DNA from: an uncultured Actinomycetota bacterium
GTDB lineage: Bacteria > Actinomycetota > UBA4738 > HRBIN12
Direction: 5' to 3'
Length of the DNA: 64,000 bases
Assembly (NCBI GenBank): GCA_963750945.1
Contig: CAVVSH010000004.1
Location: 547,678 to 611,677, forward strand
The notes beneath the pieces are model-generated. The model did no database searches, was not told where the DNA came from, and worked only from the letters and a program-made list of their open reading frames with translations. Both the position numbers and the translations under genes were made by a program. Within the stretch, counting starts at the first letter, position 1. The number at the start of each line of letters is the position of its first letter. Shown here piece by piece: positions 46,273-55,289 of the stretch.

Positions 46273-46944
46273 TCAGATCGACAAGCTGATCGGGAACGTC
46301 GCGATCCACGAGGCAGCCGAGACGAACACGACGCAACCGACGCCGAGGATGACTCCCCGGAGCCTGGTGCTGTAGAGCTTGGTGCTGATGCCCGCGAAGA
46401 ACAGCGACGTCGCGAACAACACCACCCCGAGCACGTAGTTGGTCGCGCGCTGGATGTTCGTCCGGGCTAGCCCTGCCGACGCCTCGGCGGTCGCCGAGAG
46501 CTCGTTCGCCTCCTGGGTCGCCGCCAGTTGGTACTCCTCCATCGCGAACGGGGATGGAGGGGCCGAGGGATCCTCGAAGGGGTCGGTGGCGAGCCACGCC
46601 CGGAAGGCTGGCTGGAACTCGGCGCGGAAGCGCTGCTCGTAGAAGGCCGCGAGGTCGCGCTCGCCTCGGAGCTGGGCATCGACCCACGACGTGAAGACGG
46701 CGACGTCGACCTGCGTCTGGGCATTGGCCAGACTCGACGATCTGGTCGATTCGACCCGCGCGGCGTTGCCGGCACTGAATGCCTTCGCCTGTTCGCCCGT
46801 CCAGCGGCTCGCCTGGTAGCTGCTCCACGCCGTTGCGACGGCCGCCACCGCGAGCAGGACGGCGGCGATCGTGTCGATCCGTCGATCCGCCGTCGAGCGT
46901 TCCGGCCGTGGAACGCTCACAGCGGTTGCCCCACCGCGTCGCAA
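46273..46944 (-). CDS. Hypothetical membrane protein (N- and C-terminal TM helices with a periplasmic/cytoplasmic middle)
   Basis: 223 aa with a coherent composition, in the operon between the DUF4239 and DUF1622 genes. Confidence 0.5.
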   Translation of the reverse strand: MRRGGATAVSVPRPERSTADRRIDTIAAVLLAVAAVATAWSSYQASRWTGEQAKAFSAGNAARVESTRSSSLANAQTQVDVAVFTSWVDAQLRGERDLAAFYEQRFRAEFQPAFRAWLATDPFEDPSAPPSPFAMEEYQLAATQEANELSATAEASAGLARTNIQRATNYVLGVVLFATSLFFAGISTKLYSTRLRGVILGVGCVVFVSAASWIATFPISLSI

Positions 46945-47741
46945 GGGGGCGGCTCATCGAGGTCGAGCGCGACCCGAGCGGATCCGATGATCTCCAGTGA
47001 TCGCTGCATCGCGACCGGTCGGATCCCTCCGACGTCCACGTCGTAGGGTCGGTTGAGCGAGGACAGGACGAGCAGGGAAGCAACGACCACCGCGGTCACC
47101 GAGCCCGCCAGCAACCCCTGGACCACGGCGCGCTCGCCGCTGTCGGCGAAGAAGAGCATGTAGATGAGGACAAGCGTCGCCGACAGGAGCAGCACGATCC
47201 ACATCGGCTGGGGAACGACCCCCTCCGCCGCGTGGAGACGGTCACGCCGGGCTTCCTCCCGCGCACTGGTCTGGGAGAGCCAAGAGTCGTATGCGCTCTG
47301 CTCGGCGGCGGTCGCCGGCTCGACCGATTGGAGCGTGCGGAACATCGAGAGACCCCACGGACTGATCGTCTCGAACCCACGCCCCGCCTCCATCGCCGGC
47401 CACTCGAGGTGCACGACCGATCGCCCGTAGCACTCGATCTCGCCCGCGAGCAGGGGACGGGCGGCCGGCGGCATCAGCTGGGAGGTCTCGAAGAGCTGGA
47501 TGACCGACAGCGCCTCGGCCTCAGCGCCCGCACGCGATCCGTCGTACTTGGTGAACGCGAGGAAGATCACGAACCCGAGCAACAGTGCGAATCCCGTCGC
47601 GAGGACGCCGAACACGCCGGACGCCCGGTCACCGTCGTTGAAGTACCCACCCTCGGGAGCGCGCCGACGCACGCGGAGGATCGCCGCGATCATCCCCGCG
47701 CTCGCACCGAAGACGATTAGTGCCCCGAGGGCCCACCTCAT
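46917..47741 (-). CDS. DUF4239 domain membrane protein
   Basis: 274 aa with an N-terminal TM pair and C-terminal TMs, as in bestrophin-like DUF4239 topology. The start lies 6 nt after the atsD-like stop. Confidence 0.55.
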   Translation of the reverse strand: MRWALGALIVFGASAGMIAAILRVRRRAPEGGYFNDGDRASGVFGVLATGFALLLGFVIFLAFTKYDGSRAGAEAEALSVIQLFETSQLMPPAARPLLAGEIECYGRSVVHLEWPAMEAGRGFETISPWGLSMFRTLQSVEPATAAEQSAYDSWLSQTSAREEARRDRLHAAEGVVPQPMWIVLLLSATLVLIYMLFFADSGERAVVQGLLAGSVTAVVVASLLVLSSLNRPYDVDVGGIRPVAMQRSLEIIGSARVALDLDEPPPCDAVGQPL

Positions 47742-47747
47742 GATCCG

Positions 47748-50117
47748 CTACTGGCGGGCCATCGCGATACGCAGGCGTTCCTCTGGGTCGATGAAGTGAT
47801 CGTTGTCATCGGTGCCGACATCGAGTTGGACCCAGTGGATCTTGCCGGTGAAGCCGTTGCTCTGGGCGGGGTAGTCGGATGTCACGGTGGTGCCGGACTC
47901 GTAGCCGATGTCGGTGGTCTCATCAGCCGAGAAGATAAGTGGCTGGGTGGCCTCCGCTCGCCCCTTCCCCGCCTCGGTGCCGTCGTAGAAGAGGAACACG
48001 TCGCCGCCTTTTGCTAATCCACCGCCGTCGTAGGCGAACTCCATACGCACCTGGTGGGTGCCCGCGGAGAGCGGGGCGTCGGCCTCGGCGATGAACTCGT
48101 GGATACCGAGGACGTTGTAGGCGAACTTGGCCTTGCCGTCCTTGAAGTAGACAGCCCATCCGCCGAAGCGGCCGCCCTGGGCGATGATGACGCCCTCAGC
48201 GCCCTCCTCGGGCACCTCGACCTCGGCCGTAACGGAGAATGATTTGTTCTTCATGTTGACGACGCTGCTCTCCGACAAGCGGCCCATGCCAGCGAAGAAC
48301 AGCTGCGAGTTCCCGCGGATGAGCGTTGGGCGGCCCGCCATTTCCGGCACGAACCGCTCCGAGCTCCGGTCGTCCAAGGGGAGCACGTTGTACTTCGTGG
48401 CCTCGATGAGCCACAGCCGCTGGAGCGTGGCGAGCATCTCGGGTTGCTCGGCCGCCAGGTTTCGGGCCTGGCTGTAGTCCTCGCGACCGTCGTAGAGCTC
48501 CCACACGTCGTCATCGAAGGCCGGCAGGTTGCCACCAACCATCACCCACGGGACCTTGTGCTTGGTGACCGCGCTCCACCCCTTGTGGTACACGCCGCGG
48601 TTCCCGAACATCTCGAAGTACTGCAGGTCGTGCCGCTCATCGGCGGAGCCGTCGTTGAACGAGTAGAGCATGCTGATGCCTTCGATCGGGGCCTGCCCTA
48701 CGCCGTTCACGATCGCCGGCTCGGGAAGCCCGGCCGCTTCCAGGATGGTGGGGGCGACATCGATCACGTGGGTGAACTGCGAGCGCAGCCCGCCCGACTC
48801 CTCGATGCCCGCAGGCCAGTGGACGATCGTGCCGTTCCGGGTGCCACCCCAGTGCGAGGCCACCTGCTTGGTCCACTGGAGCGGGGAGTTCATGGCCCAT
48901 GCCCATCCCACGGAGAAGTGGTTGTACGAGCTGGGCGAGCCGAGCTCGTCCATCTTGCTCACCAAGAACTCCGGCGTCTCGAGGGCGGCCATGCCGTTGA
49001 AGTTGGCCATCTCGTTGAAGGCCCCGTTCATGGTGCCCTCGGCCGAGGCGCCGTTGTCGCCGACGATGTAGTAGATGATCGTGTTGTCGAGGATGCCGAG
49101 GTCCTCGATGGTGTCGACGAGCCGACCCACCTGGTGGTCGGTGTGCTCGAGGAATCCGGCGTACACCTCCATCTGGCGTTCGAGCACGGGCTTGAGCTCG
49201 GCCGGCATGTCGTCCCACGCCGTGATCTCCTCGTGGCGGGCGGTGAGCTCGGTGTCGGCCGGGATCACGCCGAGCTCTTTCTGACGCTCGATGGTGCGCT
49301 CGCGCTGCACGTCCCACCCGTGGGAGAACTGGCCCCGGTACTTCTCGATCCACTCAGCAGGGACGTGGTGGGGAGCGTGCGTGGCACCAGGGGCGAAGTA
49401 CACGAAGAAGGGCTTGTCCGGCATCAGCGCCTTCTGCTGGCGCATCCAGCTCACCGCGTGGTCGGTGAGATCCTCCGTGAGGTGGTAGCCCTCCTCCGCG
49501 GTGGCCGGCGGCTCGATCGGCGTGGTGCCGCTGTAGAGGGCAGGCTCCCACTGGTTGTTCTCCCCGCCGATGAATCCGTAGAAGGTCTCGAACCCGCCGC
49601 CCCCGGACGGCCAGGCGTCGAACGGACCCATGGGTGAGGTCTGCCACACCGGCACCTCGTGGCACTTGCCGAACTGCGCGGTGGAGTAGCCGTTCAGCTT
49701 CAGGGTGGTGGCCAGCGGCGCCATCGTGTTGGGCCGCAGCGAGCTCTGCCCCGGTGCCGACGTGGCCGTCTCCGTGATGGAGCCCATCCCGACCGAGTGG
49801 TGGTTGCGGCCGGTGAGCAGCGCCTGCCGGGTGGGGGCACAGAGCGCGGTGGTGTGGAAACGGTTGTACCGGAGCCCCCCGGCCGCGAGGCGCTCCGCGG
49901 TCGGCGTCTGGCAGGGTCCGCCGAACGCGCTGGAGGCGCCGAAGCCGACGTCGTCGAGCAGGACGATCAGGACGTTCGGCGCCCCGTCCGGCGGCTGGAG
50001 AGGCTCGATCGGAGGGAACGACGTGTCGGGATCCTTCGCGTCGTAGGTGACCAACCCCGCATAGGGTCGATCGGGGATGGGGAGTACGTCACGACCTCCC
50101 GCGCGATCCTGCGTCAT
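47748..50117 (-). CDS. Large arylsulfatase (AtsD-like, about 790 aa) with the canonical C-A-P-T-R motif
   Basis: LIVLLDDVGFGASSAFGG...TTALCAPTRQALLTGRNHH...GKCH sulfatase blocks plus a long C-terminal domain. Confidence 0.85.
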   Translation of the reverse strand: MTQDRAGGRDVLPIPDRPYAGLVTYDAKDPDTSFPPIEPLQPPDGAPNVLIVLLDDVGFGASSAFGGPCQTPTAERLAAGGLRYNRFHTTALCAPTRQALLTGRNHHSVGMGSITETATSAPGQSSLRPNTMAPLATTLKLNGYSTAQFGKCHEVPVWQTSPMGPFDAWPSGGGGFETFYGFIGGENNQWEPALYSGTTPIEPPATAEEGYHLTEDLTDHAVSWMRQQKALMPDKPFFVYFAPGATHAPHHVPAEWIEKYRGQFSHGWDVQRERTIERQKELGVIPADTELTARHEEITAWDDMPAELKPVLERQMEVYAGFLEHTDHQVGRLVDTIEDLGILDNTIIYYIVGDNGASAEGTMNGAFNEMANFNGMAALETPEFLVSKMDELGSPSSYNHFSVGWAWAMNSPLQWTKQVASHWGGTRNGTIVHWPAGIEESGGLRSQFTHVIDVAPTILEAAGLPEPAIVNGVGQAPIEGISMLYSFNDGSADERHDLQYFEMFGNRGVYHKGWSAVTKHKVPWVMVGGNLPAFDDDVWELYDGREDYSQARNLAAEQPEMLATLQRLWLIEATKYNVLPLDDRSSERFVPEMAGRPTLIRGNSQLFFAGMGRLSESSVVNMKNKSFSVTAEVEVPEEGAEGVIIAQGGRFGGWAVYFKDGKAKFAYNVLGIHEFIAEADAPLSAGTHQVRMEFAYDGGGLAKGGDVFLFYDGTEAGKGRAEATQPLIFSADETTDIGYESGTTVTSDYPAQSNGFTGKIHWVQLDVGTDDNDHFIDPEERLRIAMARQ

Positions 50118-50258
50118 GCGCGTGCTCCTTTCGAATGCCTGCTTTGGCCCCGCCCCGGGCTCAGCGGCGGCGACGGCGGCTGCGGCGTCGGACGCCGCCC
50201 GTCACCACAGCAACTGTGGCGACCGTGGCTGCGGTCCGAGCAACCGGCGCCGGACCGA

Positions 50259-50771
50259 TCACGGCTGCGCGCCGCACGCGTCGTCGAGCGAGCCCCATGT
50301 CATGCCTCCTCTTGGTCGTCTTCGTCGTCTCTCGTCGTCGGCCTCGATCGCGGCAAGCATCGCCTGGATCGGGATCCGGCCGCTGGCCACGAGTTGGCCG
50401 CCTGCGCGGCGTACCGCGGACCCGAAGGGCGCGGCCCACGTGTTCTCCCAGACCAGCACCGCGGCCGAGCTGCCCGGCTCGATCGCGGCGGCAACAGCGT
50501 TCACGTCCTCTTCGCTGAGGAGCATCGCCAGCTCCGCCTCGTGCGAGCGGAGCCCACCGACCTCGGCTTCGTCGAGATCGGAGAGCTCGAACGCCTCGAG
50601 CGTGCCGTCGGACTCCTTCTTCAGGATCAGGAGATCGAGCACGCGGATGAGATCGCGCTCGACGAGGTCCGCCAAGGCAGGAGCGATCTCCCCGTTGAAC
50701 TTGCTTCCCGGGAACTCAACCACGATCCAGTCGACCGGACCGAGCTCATCGATATCGGTCTCATCGTCCAC
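50259..50771 (-). CDS. DUF6325-like protein, paralog 1
   Basis: GTG start giving VDDETDIDELGPVDWIVVEFPG...; a clear paralog of the 51329..51772 product, with a 22-aa Arg-rich C-terminal extension. Confidence 0.65.
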   Translation of the reverse strand: MDDETDIDELGPVDWIVVEFPGSKFNGEIAPALADLVERDLIRVLDLLILKKESDGTLEAFELSDLDEAEVGGLRSHEAELAMLLSEEDVNAVAAAIEPGSSAAVLVWENTWAAPFGSAVRRAGGQLVASGRIPIQAMLAAIEADDERRRRRPRGGMTWGSLDDACGAQP

Positions 50772-51055
50772 GTCACACCCCCGTTTCGAGACGTCCTATG
50801 ACGGCGGTCAGCAGTGCCGAGCCACCGCGACAGAACGTAACGCCCGCCCGATCGCCGGACGTCATCCAGAAGGGATGAAGTCCATCCGCGCCTCCGAAGC
50901 TCACCCAGGCGCGCTGACCGCGGCACAGTCTGGCTGGGCGAACGTTCGTGGCGCTGCACCGAAGGAGAGGTGATATCGGATGCGCCGCGATCCGTCCGGC
51001 CGGATCCGGTGTTCAGATCCCCGTACGACAGCCCGCGAACGGGCGTCGTACCGCC

Positions 51056-51322
51056 TCACGAGGCGAGGATCTTCGCCTTCTGCGCGTCGAACTCCTCTTG
51101 GGTGAGCACTCCCGCCGCCTTCAGCTCACCGAGTTCCTTGAGTTGCTCGAGGGTGTCCTGGCTCGAGGAAGCGGCGGGCGGTGGCGGCGCCGGCTCAGCG
51201 TATGACGCGGCTTCCTGTTGGGACCATCTGTTCGCCTGACGACGCGACACTCGGTTCGAGACGGCTGTCGCCGTGCCCGCAACGACCGCCGTTCGCGCGA
51301 CTCCTCGGAGCAGTCCTGGCAT
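51056..51322 (-). CDS. SHOCT-domain protein
   Basis: A C-terminal SHOCT helix (TLEQLKELGELKAAGVLTQEEFDAQKAKIL), an AAGGAG SD, and a position 6 nt after paralog 2. Confidence 0.7.
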   Translation of the reverse strand: MPGLLRGVARTAVVAGTATAVSNRVSRRQANRWSQQEAASYAEPAPPPPAASSSQDTLEQLKELGELKAAGVLTQEEFDAQKAKILAS

Positions 51323-51328
51323 CGTCGA

Positions 51329-51772
51329 TCACTCCTTCTCTTCGAGCTCGTCCAGCGCTGCGATGATGGCGTTCACGGGGATGCGCCCGTTCGCGACGAG
51401 CTGCGCGCCGCTCCGACGCAGGGCGGTTGCGAACGGCGCCGCCCAGGAGTTCTCGTACACGAGGAGCGCCGCCGAACAGCCGGGCTCGATCGCTGCCCCG
51501 GCCTCGGAGTAGTCGTCGTCTCCCAGCAGCCCCGATGAGGCTCCCTCGAAGAGCGTGAGCTCAGGAGATCCGTCGGCCCCGAGCGCATCGAAGTCGAGGC
51601 CGACGACCGACCCGTCCTCGTTCTTGTGGACGAAGGCAAGATCGAGCACGCGGATGAGACCTCGGTCCACGAGGTCGGCGAGTAGGGGCAGCCCCTCGCC
51701 GGTCGGTTGCTTGCCTGCAGGCCACTCGACCACGAGATAGTCGATGGGGCCGAGTTCGATGTCGTCGTTCAT
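51329..51772 (-). CDS. DUF6325-like protein, paralog 2
   Basis: MNDDIELGPIDYLVVEWP...ALLVYENSWAAPFATALRRSGAQLVANGRIP..., with an AAGGGGGGA SD. Confidence 0.7.
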   Translation of the reverse strand: MNDDIELGPIDYLVVEWPAGKQPTGEGLPLLADLVDRGLIRVLDLAFVHKNEDGSVVGLDFDALGADGSPELTLFEGASSGLLGDDDYSEAGAAIEPGCSAALLVYENSWAAPFATALRRSGAQLVANGRIPVNAIIAALDELEEKE

Positions 51773-52003
51773 GCGTCCCCCCTTGTCCGGATGCGTACCA
51801 TCGGAAGCGAGCCGGCTGCGTCACTATCCCAGGTGCGGAAGGGCGCTGCATCATCCCCTCCGGCTGACGCTCGGGTCCTTTGTCTCCTCGCAGCGACACG
51901 CACAGCGCCTCGACCGGACTTCACCCCGGCGGGATGACGCGGCGGTGGTATGACCTGGGCTACCGTTCGCGCTGCGGGCCAAAGGGAGAGGTCGCGTCCG
52001 GTG

Positions 52004-52714
52004 ATGGCGTGTGGTTGGGTGGCCCCGGGAGAAGATGCCGGTCTGCACACGAGCGACGATGATCCCGAACGAGAACGGCTCAAGCGTGACCGGCAGCTCG
52101 AGCTCGCGCATCGCGTTGCCCGGTTCTGGTGGATCGGGGTTCTCCGCGGAGCGATCGCACTCTTGCTTGGGCTGTCCGCGCTCGCGGCGAGCGGCTCTCC
52201 CGAGCGGCTCGCCACGTTCCTCGCCTTGTACTGGCTCGCCGGTGGCGTCGTCACGCTACGGCTCGCATGGGCGGCCCGCCCCTCGCTGGGGTTCCGGCTG
52301 GCGGCCGTCGCAGGCGTGGTCGCGATCATCGCAGCGCTGTTGGTCGTCCTTCGCGAGTTCCTCAGCGGGGCCATATCGCCGGTGAAGACGATCAACATCC
52401 TCGGGTTCGCCGCCTTGGCCATGGGCACGCTCCGGATAGCGGGCGCGTTCGAGATCGAACGGCGCACGGGCCATCGGTGGACGGTCGGCGGGCTGATCCT
52501 CGGAGTCTTGGAGGTGGGCACGGGGATCCTGCTGATCAGAACCGACGTGATGTCGCGAGGCGCGATGGTTACCGTCGGCGTCTGGGCGCTCGCGAGCGGC
52601 ACGCTCCTCATCCTGGAGGCGGTTCGCGCCCGCCAGCGCGTCATCGTCCTCTTCGGACCAAAGGACGCCTCAAGCCCGCGACCGACGGTCGAACCGGCGG
52701 ATGGAGAACGGTGA
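52004..52714 (+). CDS. HdeD/DUF308-family membrane protein
   Basis: The ATG at 52004 has an AAAGGGAGAGG SD; 6 TM helices with repeated DUF308 segments. Confidence 0.65.
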   Translation: MACGWVAPGEDAGLHTSDDDPERERLKRDRQLELAHRVARFWWIGVLRGAIALLLGLSALAASGSPERLATFLALYWLAGGVVTLRLAWAARPSLGFRLAAVAGVVAIIAALLVVLREFLSGAISPVKTINILGFAALAMGTLRIAGAFEIERRTGHRWTVGGLILGVLEVGTGILLIRTDVMSRGAMVTVGVWALASGTLLILEAVRARQRVIVLFGPKDASSPRPTVEPADGER

Positions 52715-53976
52715 GCGAGGTCACGGCGTTCGTGGCCGTGTTCGTCGTGTACGGGCTCGTCGCGTCGCGCCTCGAGCGGTTGCTCATCACGGCGCCGATC
52801 TTCTTCGTCGTGACCGGCCTCATCCTCGGCCCGAGTGTCCTGGGCGTCTTGCCGCCGGGCCTCGACAGCGAGACGACGCTCCTCATCACAGAGCTCACGC
52901 TCGGCGTGCTGCTCTTCGCGGACGCTGCGACCGTTCGGCTGCGGGAGGTGGAGGGCGATGCACACCTGCCGATCCGGCTACTCCTCGTGGGCCTTCCGCT
53001 CACGATCGCCCTGGGGACCCTCGCCGCCAGGCTGCTCTTCCCCGAGGCCGGGTGGGCGGCGGCCGCGCTCATCGCGTCGATCCTGGCCCCCACCGACGCC
53101 GCCCTCGGGCTCGCCGTCGTGACGAACCCCGCCGTGCCGGCCAGGATCCGGCGAGCGCTGAACGTGGAGAGCGGCCTGAACGACGGGATCGCCACCCCCT
53201 TCGTCACCCTGTTCCTCAGCCTGCTGATCGCGGAGGAGGGTCTCGGATCCGGGCACTGGGCAGCCGAGGCGGCGAAGGAGATCGGTCTCGCGCTTGTGGC
53301 CGCGGTCGCGGTCGGCCTCCTCGGAGGCAGGCTGCTCGTGGTCGTACGTCGGCGGGGCTGGACATCCGCGATCTCGGAGCAGCTCGTGGTTCTGGCCCTT
53401 TCACTCCTCGCCTACATGGGCGCGGTCGCGATGGGTGGCAACGGTTTCGTGGCCGCGTTCGTCGGCGGCCTCCTGTTCGGCGCCGCCACCTCTTCGCGGA
53501 TCCACGAGCCCGTCGAGTTCACCGAGACGGTGGGCCTCTTCGCCTCGTTCTTCGTCTGGACCGTGTTCGGAGCCCTCTTCGTCGGCCCCGTGATCACGGG
53601 CGACATCGAGCCGATCGCGATCCTCTACGCGGTGATCAGCCTTACGCTCGTACGGATGGTGCCTGTCGCCGCTGCTGTGGCAGGTACAGGACTACGCCGG
53701 GATACCGTCGCGTTCATGGGCTGGTTCGGCCCGCGCGGCCTCGCATCGGTCGTCTTCACGCTGATCGCGCTCGAGGAACTCCATGGCACAGGCGCGGTCG
53801 TTGAGGGCATCGCTGAGATCGCCACGTGGACGATCCTCCTCTCGGTTGTGGCCCACGGCCTCTCGGCCGACCCCCTCGCATCCGCCTACGGTCACCGCTT
53901 GCGCGAGGCAAGCGACATCCCGGAGCTCGCCGAGGCGCCGGAGCCGCGGATCCGGCGGAGGAGCGTCGCCGACTGA
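52711..53976 (+). CDS. Na+/H+ (cation:proton) antiporter, CPA1 family
   Basis: GTG start overlapping the hdeD stop (GTGA). PTDAALGLAVV, NVESGLNDGIATPF and GGLLFG blocks, about 12 TM helices; 421 aa. Confidence 0.8.
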   Translation: MSEVTAFVAVFVVYGLVASRLERLLITAPIFFVVTGLILGPSVLGVLPPGLDSETTLLITELTLGVLLFADAATVRLREVEGDAHLPIRLLLVGLPLTIALGTLAARLLFPEAGWAAAALIASILAPTDAALGLAVVTNPAVPARIRRALNVESGLNDGIATPFVTLFLSLLIAEEGLGSGHWAAEAAKEIGLALVAAVAVGLLGGRLLVVVRRRGWTSAISEQLVVLALSLLAYMGAVAMGGNGFVAAFVGGLLFGAATSSRIHEPVEFTETVGLFASFFVWTVFGALFVGPVITGDIEPIAILYAVISLTLVRMVPVAAAVAGTGLRRDTVAFMGWFGPRGLASVVFTLIALEELHGTGAVVEGIAEIATWTILLSVVAHGLSADPLASAYGHRLREASDIPELAEAPEPRIRRRSVAD

Positions 53977-54102
53977 GTCTTGCTCGTTGCATGAATCATC
54001 CAGAAAGGATGATGCCTGGCGGTTGCGGGGACGCAACGATTACAGATCGAGGTGGGCGCTGGGCGAGCCTCGGATGCACACGAAGGTGCAGAGGAGGAAG
54101 GC

Positions 54103-54882
54103 ATGGCTGGTCGCGCACAGATCTCTGGGACCGAGCTCAAGCGATTGCTTGACCTCGTCCGGGATGCCGACAGCGTCGAACTCAAGCTCACATTGCCCGA
54201 GAACGCCCGAGCCGGGACCGGGGCCGCGCTCGGCGCCGATCCGCTCGACGCGCAGATCCGGCAGGTGTTCTTCTTCGATACCCCCGACCTGGCACTGAAC
54301 GCCGCTGGTGTCGTCGTTCGAGCCCGACGTCGGCAAGGCGAGGAGGCCGACACGGTCGTGAAGCTCCGCCCGGTCGTGCCCGCCGAGCTCCCCGAGGAGC
54401 TCCGGCGCTCCAAGAGCTTCAACGTCGAGGTGGACGCGATGCCGGGTGGGTTCGTGTGCTCGGCTTCGTTCAAGGGCTCGGCGGACAACGGCGAGATCCG
54501 AGAGGTCGCCGGCGGCACGCGCTCGATCCGCAAGCTCTTCTCGAAGGCGCAGCGCGGGTTCTATGCCGCCCACGCACCCGATGGAGTCGAGCTCGACCAG
54601 CTCTCCGTCCTCGGGCCGATCCCGACCCTCAAGCTGAAGATCAAACCGAAGGGATTCGGGCGGCGGCTCGTGGGGGAGCTGTGGCTCTATCCGGACGGTT
54701 CTCAGATCGTCGAGCTGTCCACGAAGGCCCAGCCCTCCGAAGCCATCCAGGTCGCCGCCGAGGCGAGAGCATTCCTCACGAGCATCGGCGTCGATCTCGA
54801 GGGGAAGCAGCAGACGAAGACGAAGACGGCACTCGAGTTCTTCGCGGGGGCCGTCCGAAGTGATCAAGGCCACGGATCCTGA
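54103..54882 (+). CDS. CYTH-like (triphosphate tunnel) domain protein, hypothetical
   Basis: The ATG at 54103 has a GAGGAGGAAGG SD. An alternating beta-strand charge pattern (VELKLTL, VVVRARRR...TVVKLRP, ELWLYPDGSQIVELS) recalls the CYTH fold. Assignment is tentative. Confidence 0.45.
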   Translation: MAGRAQISGTELKRLLDLVRDADSVELKLTLPENARAGTGAALGADPLDAQIRQVFFFDTPDLALNAAGVVVRARRRQGEEADTVVKLRPVVPAELPEELRRSKSFNVEVDAMPGGFVCSASFKGSADNGEIREVAGGTRSIRKLFSKAQRGFYAAHAPDGVELDQLSVLGPIPTLKLKIKPKGFGRRLVGELWLYPDGSQIVELSTKAQPSEAIQVAAEARAFLTSIGVDLEGKQQTKTKTALEFFAGAVRSDQGHGS

Positions 54883-54943
54883 GCGAGGCGGGCTGGACCG
54901 CCACTCCAGCAGCCGTGTTCGTACCACCCGGGGGGGGTAAGCC

Positions 54944-55237
54944 ATGGCGATGGAGCAGCACATGGAGGGCGAGGAGGAGTTACTCCTCGTGATCAAGTGG
55001 CTGACCGACGAGTTCGGGCTCGAGGTCGACCAACGAACGATCCATCGGGTGGCGATGGAGGAGTGGGCTCTGTTCGACCGAGCGAAGGTGCGTCTCTACG
55101 TGTGCACGATCTCCTGGCGGCTCGCCCGCTTGCGTCTACTCGAGCATCTCCAGGGCGTGAGGAACCTGGATGATGGCGTTGCAGCCCACAGTCCCTCCAA
55201 CGTGTGGATGATCTCGGCTGAGGACCAGGCGTCGTGA
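54944..55237 (+). CDS. Hypothetical small protein
   Basis: 97 aa, a GGGGGGGTAAG SD and an acidic helical N-terminus. No family recognised. Confidence 0.4.
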   Translation: MAMEQHMEGEEELLLVIKWLTDEFGLEVDQRTIHRVAMEEWALFDRAKVRLYVCTISWRLARLRLLEHLQGVRNLDDGVAAHSPSNVWMISAEDQAS

Positions 55238-55289
55238 CAGGGACTGTCTTGAGGGTTTCGATCAACCCTCTGAGGGGTGGACGATCCCG

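Noticed and set aside
50627-50959. 110-aa minus-strand ORF in the spacer between the SHOCT gene and DUF6325-like paralog 1
   Set aside because: It overlaps the start of paralog 1, is Ser/Arg-rich and has no SD. It may be a decayed remnant of a second SHOCT partner, but there is no detectable similarity.
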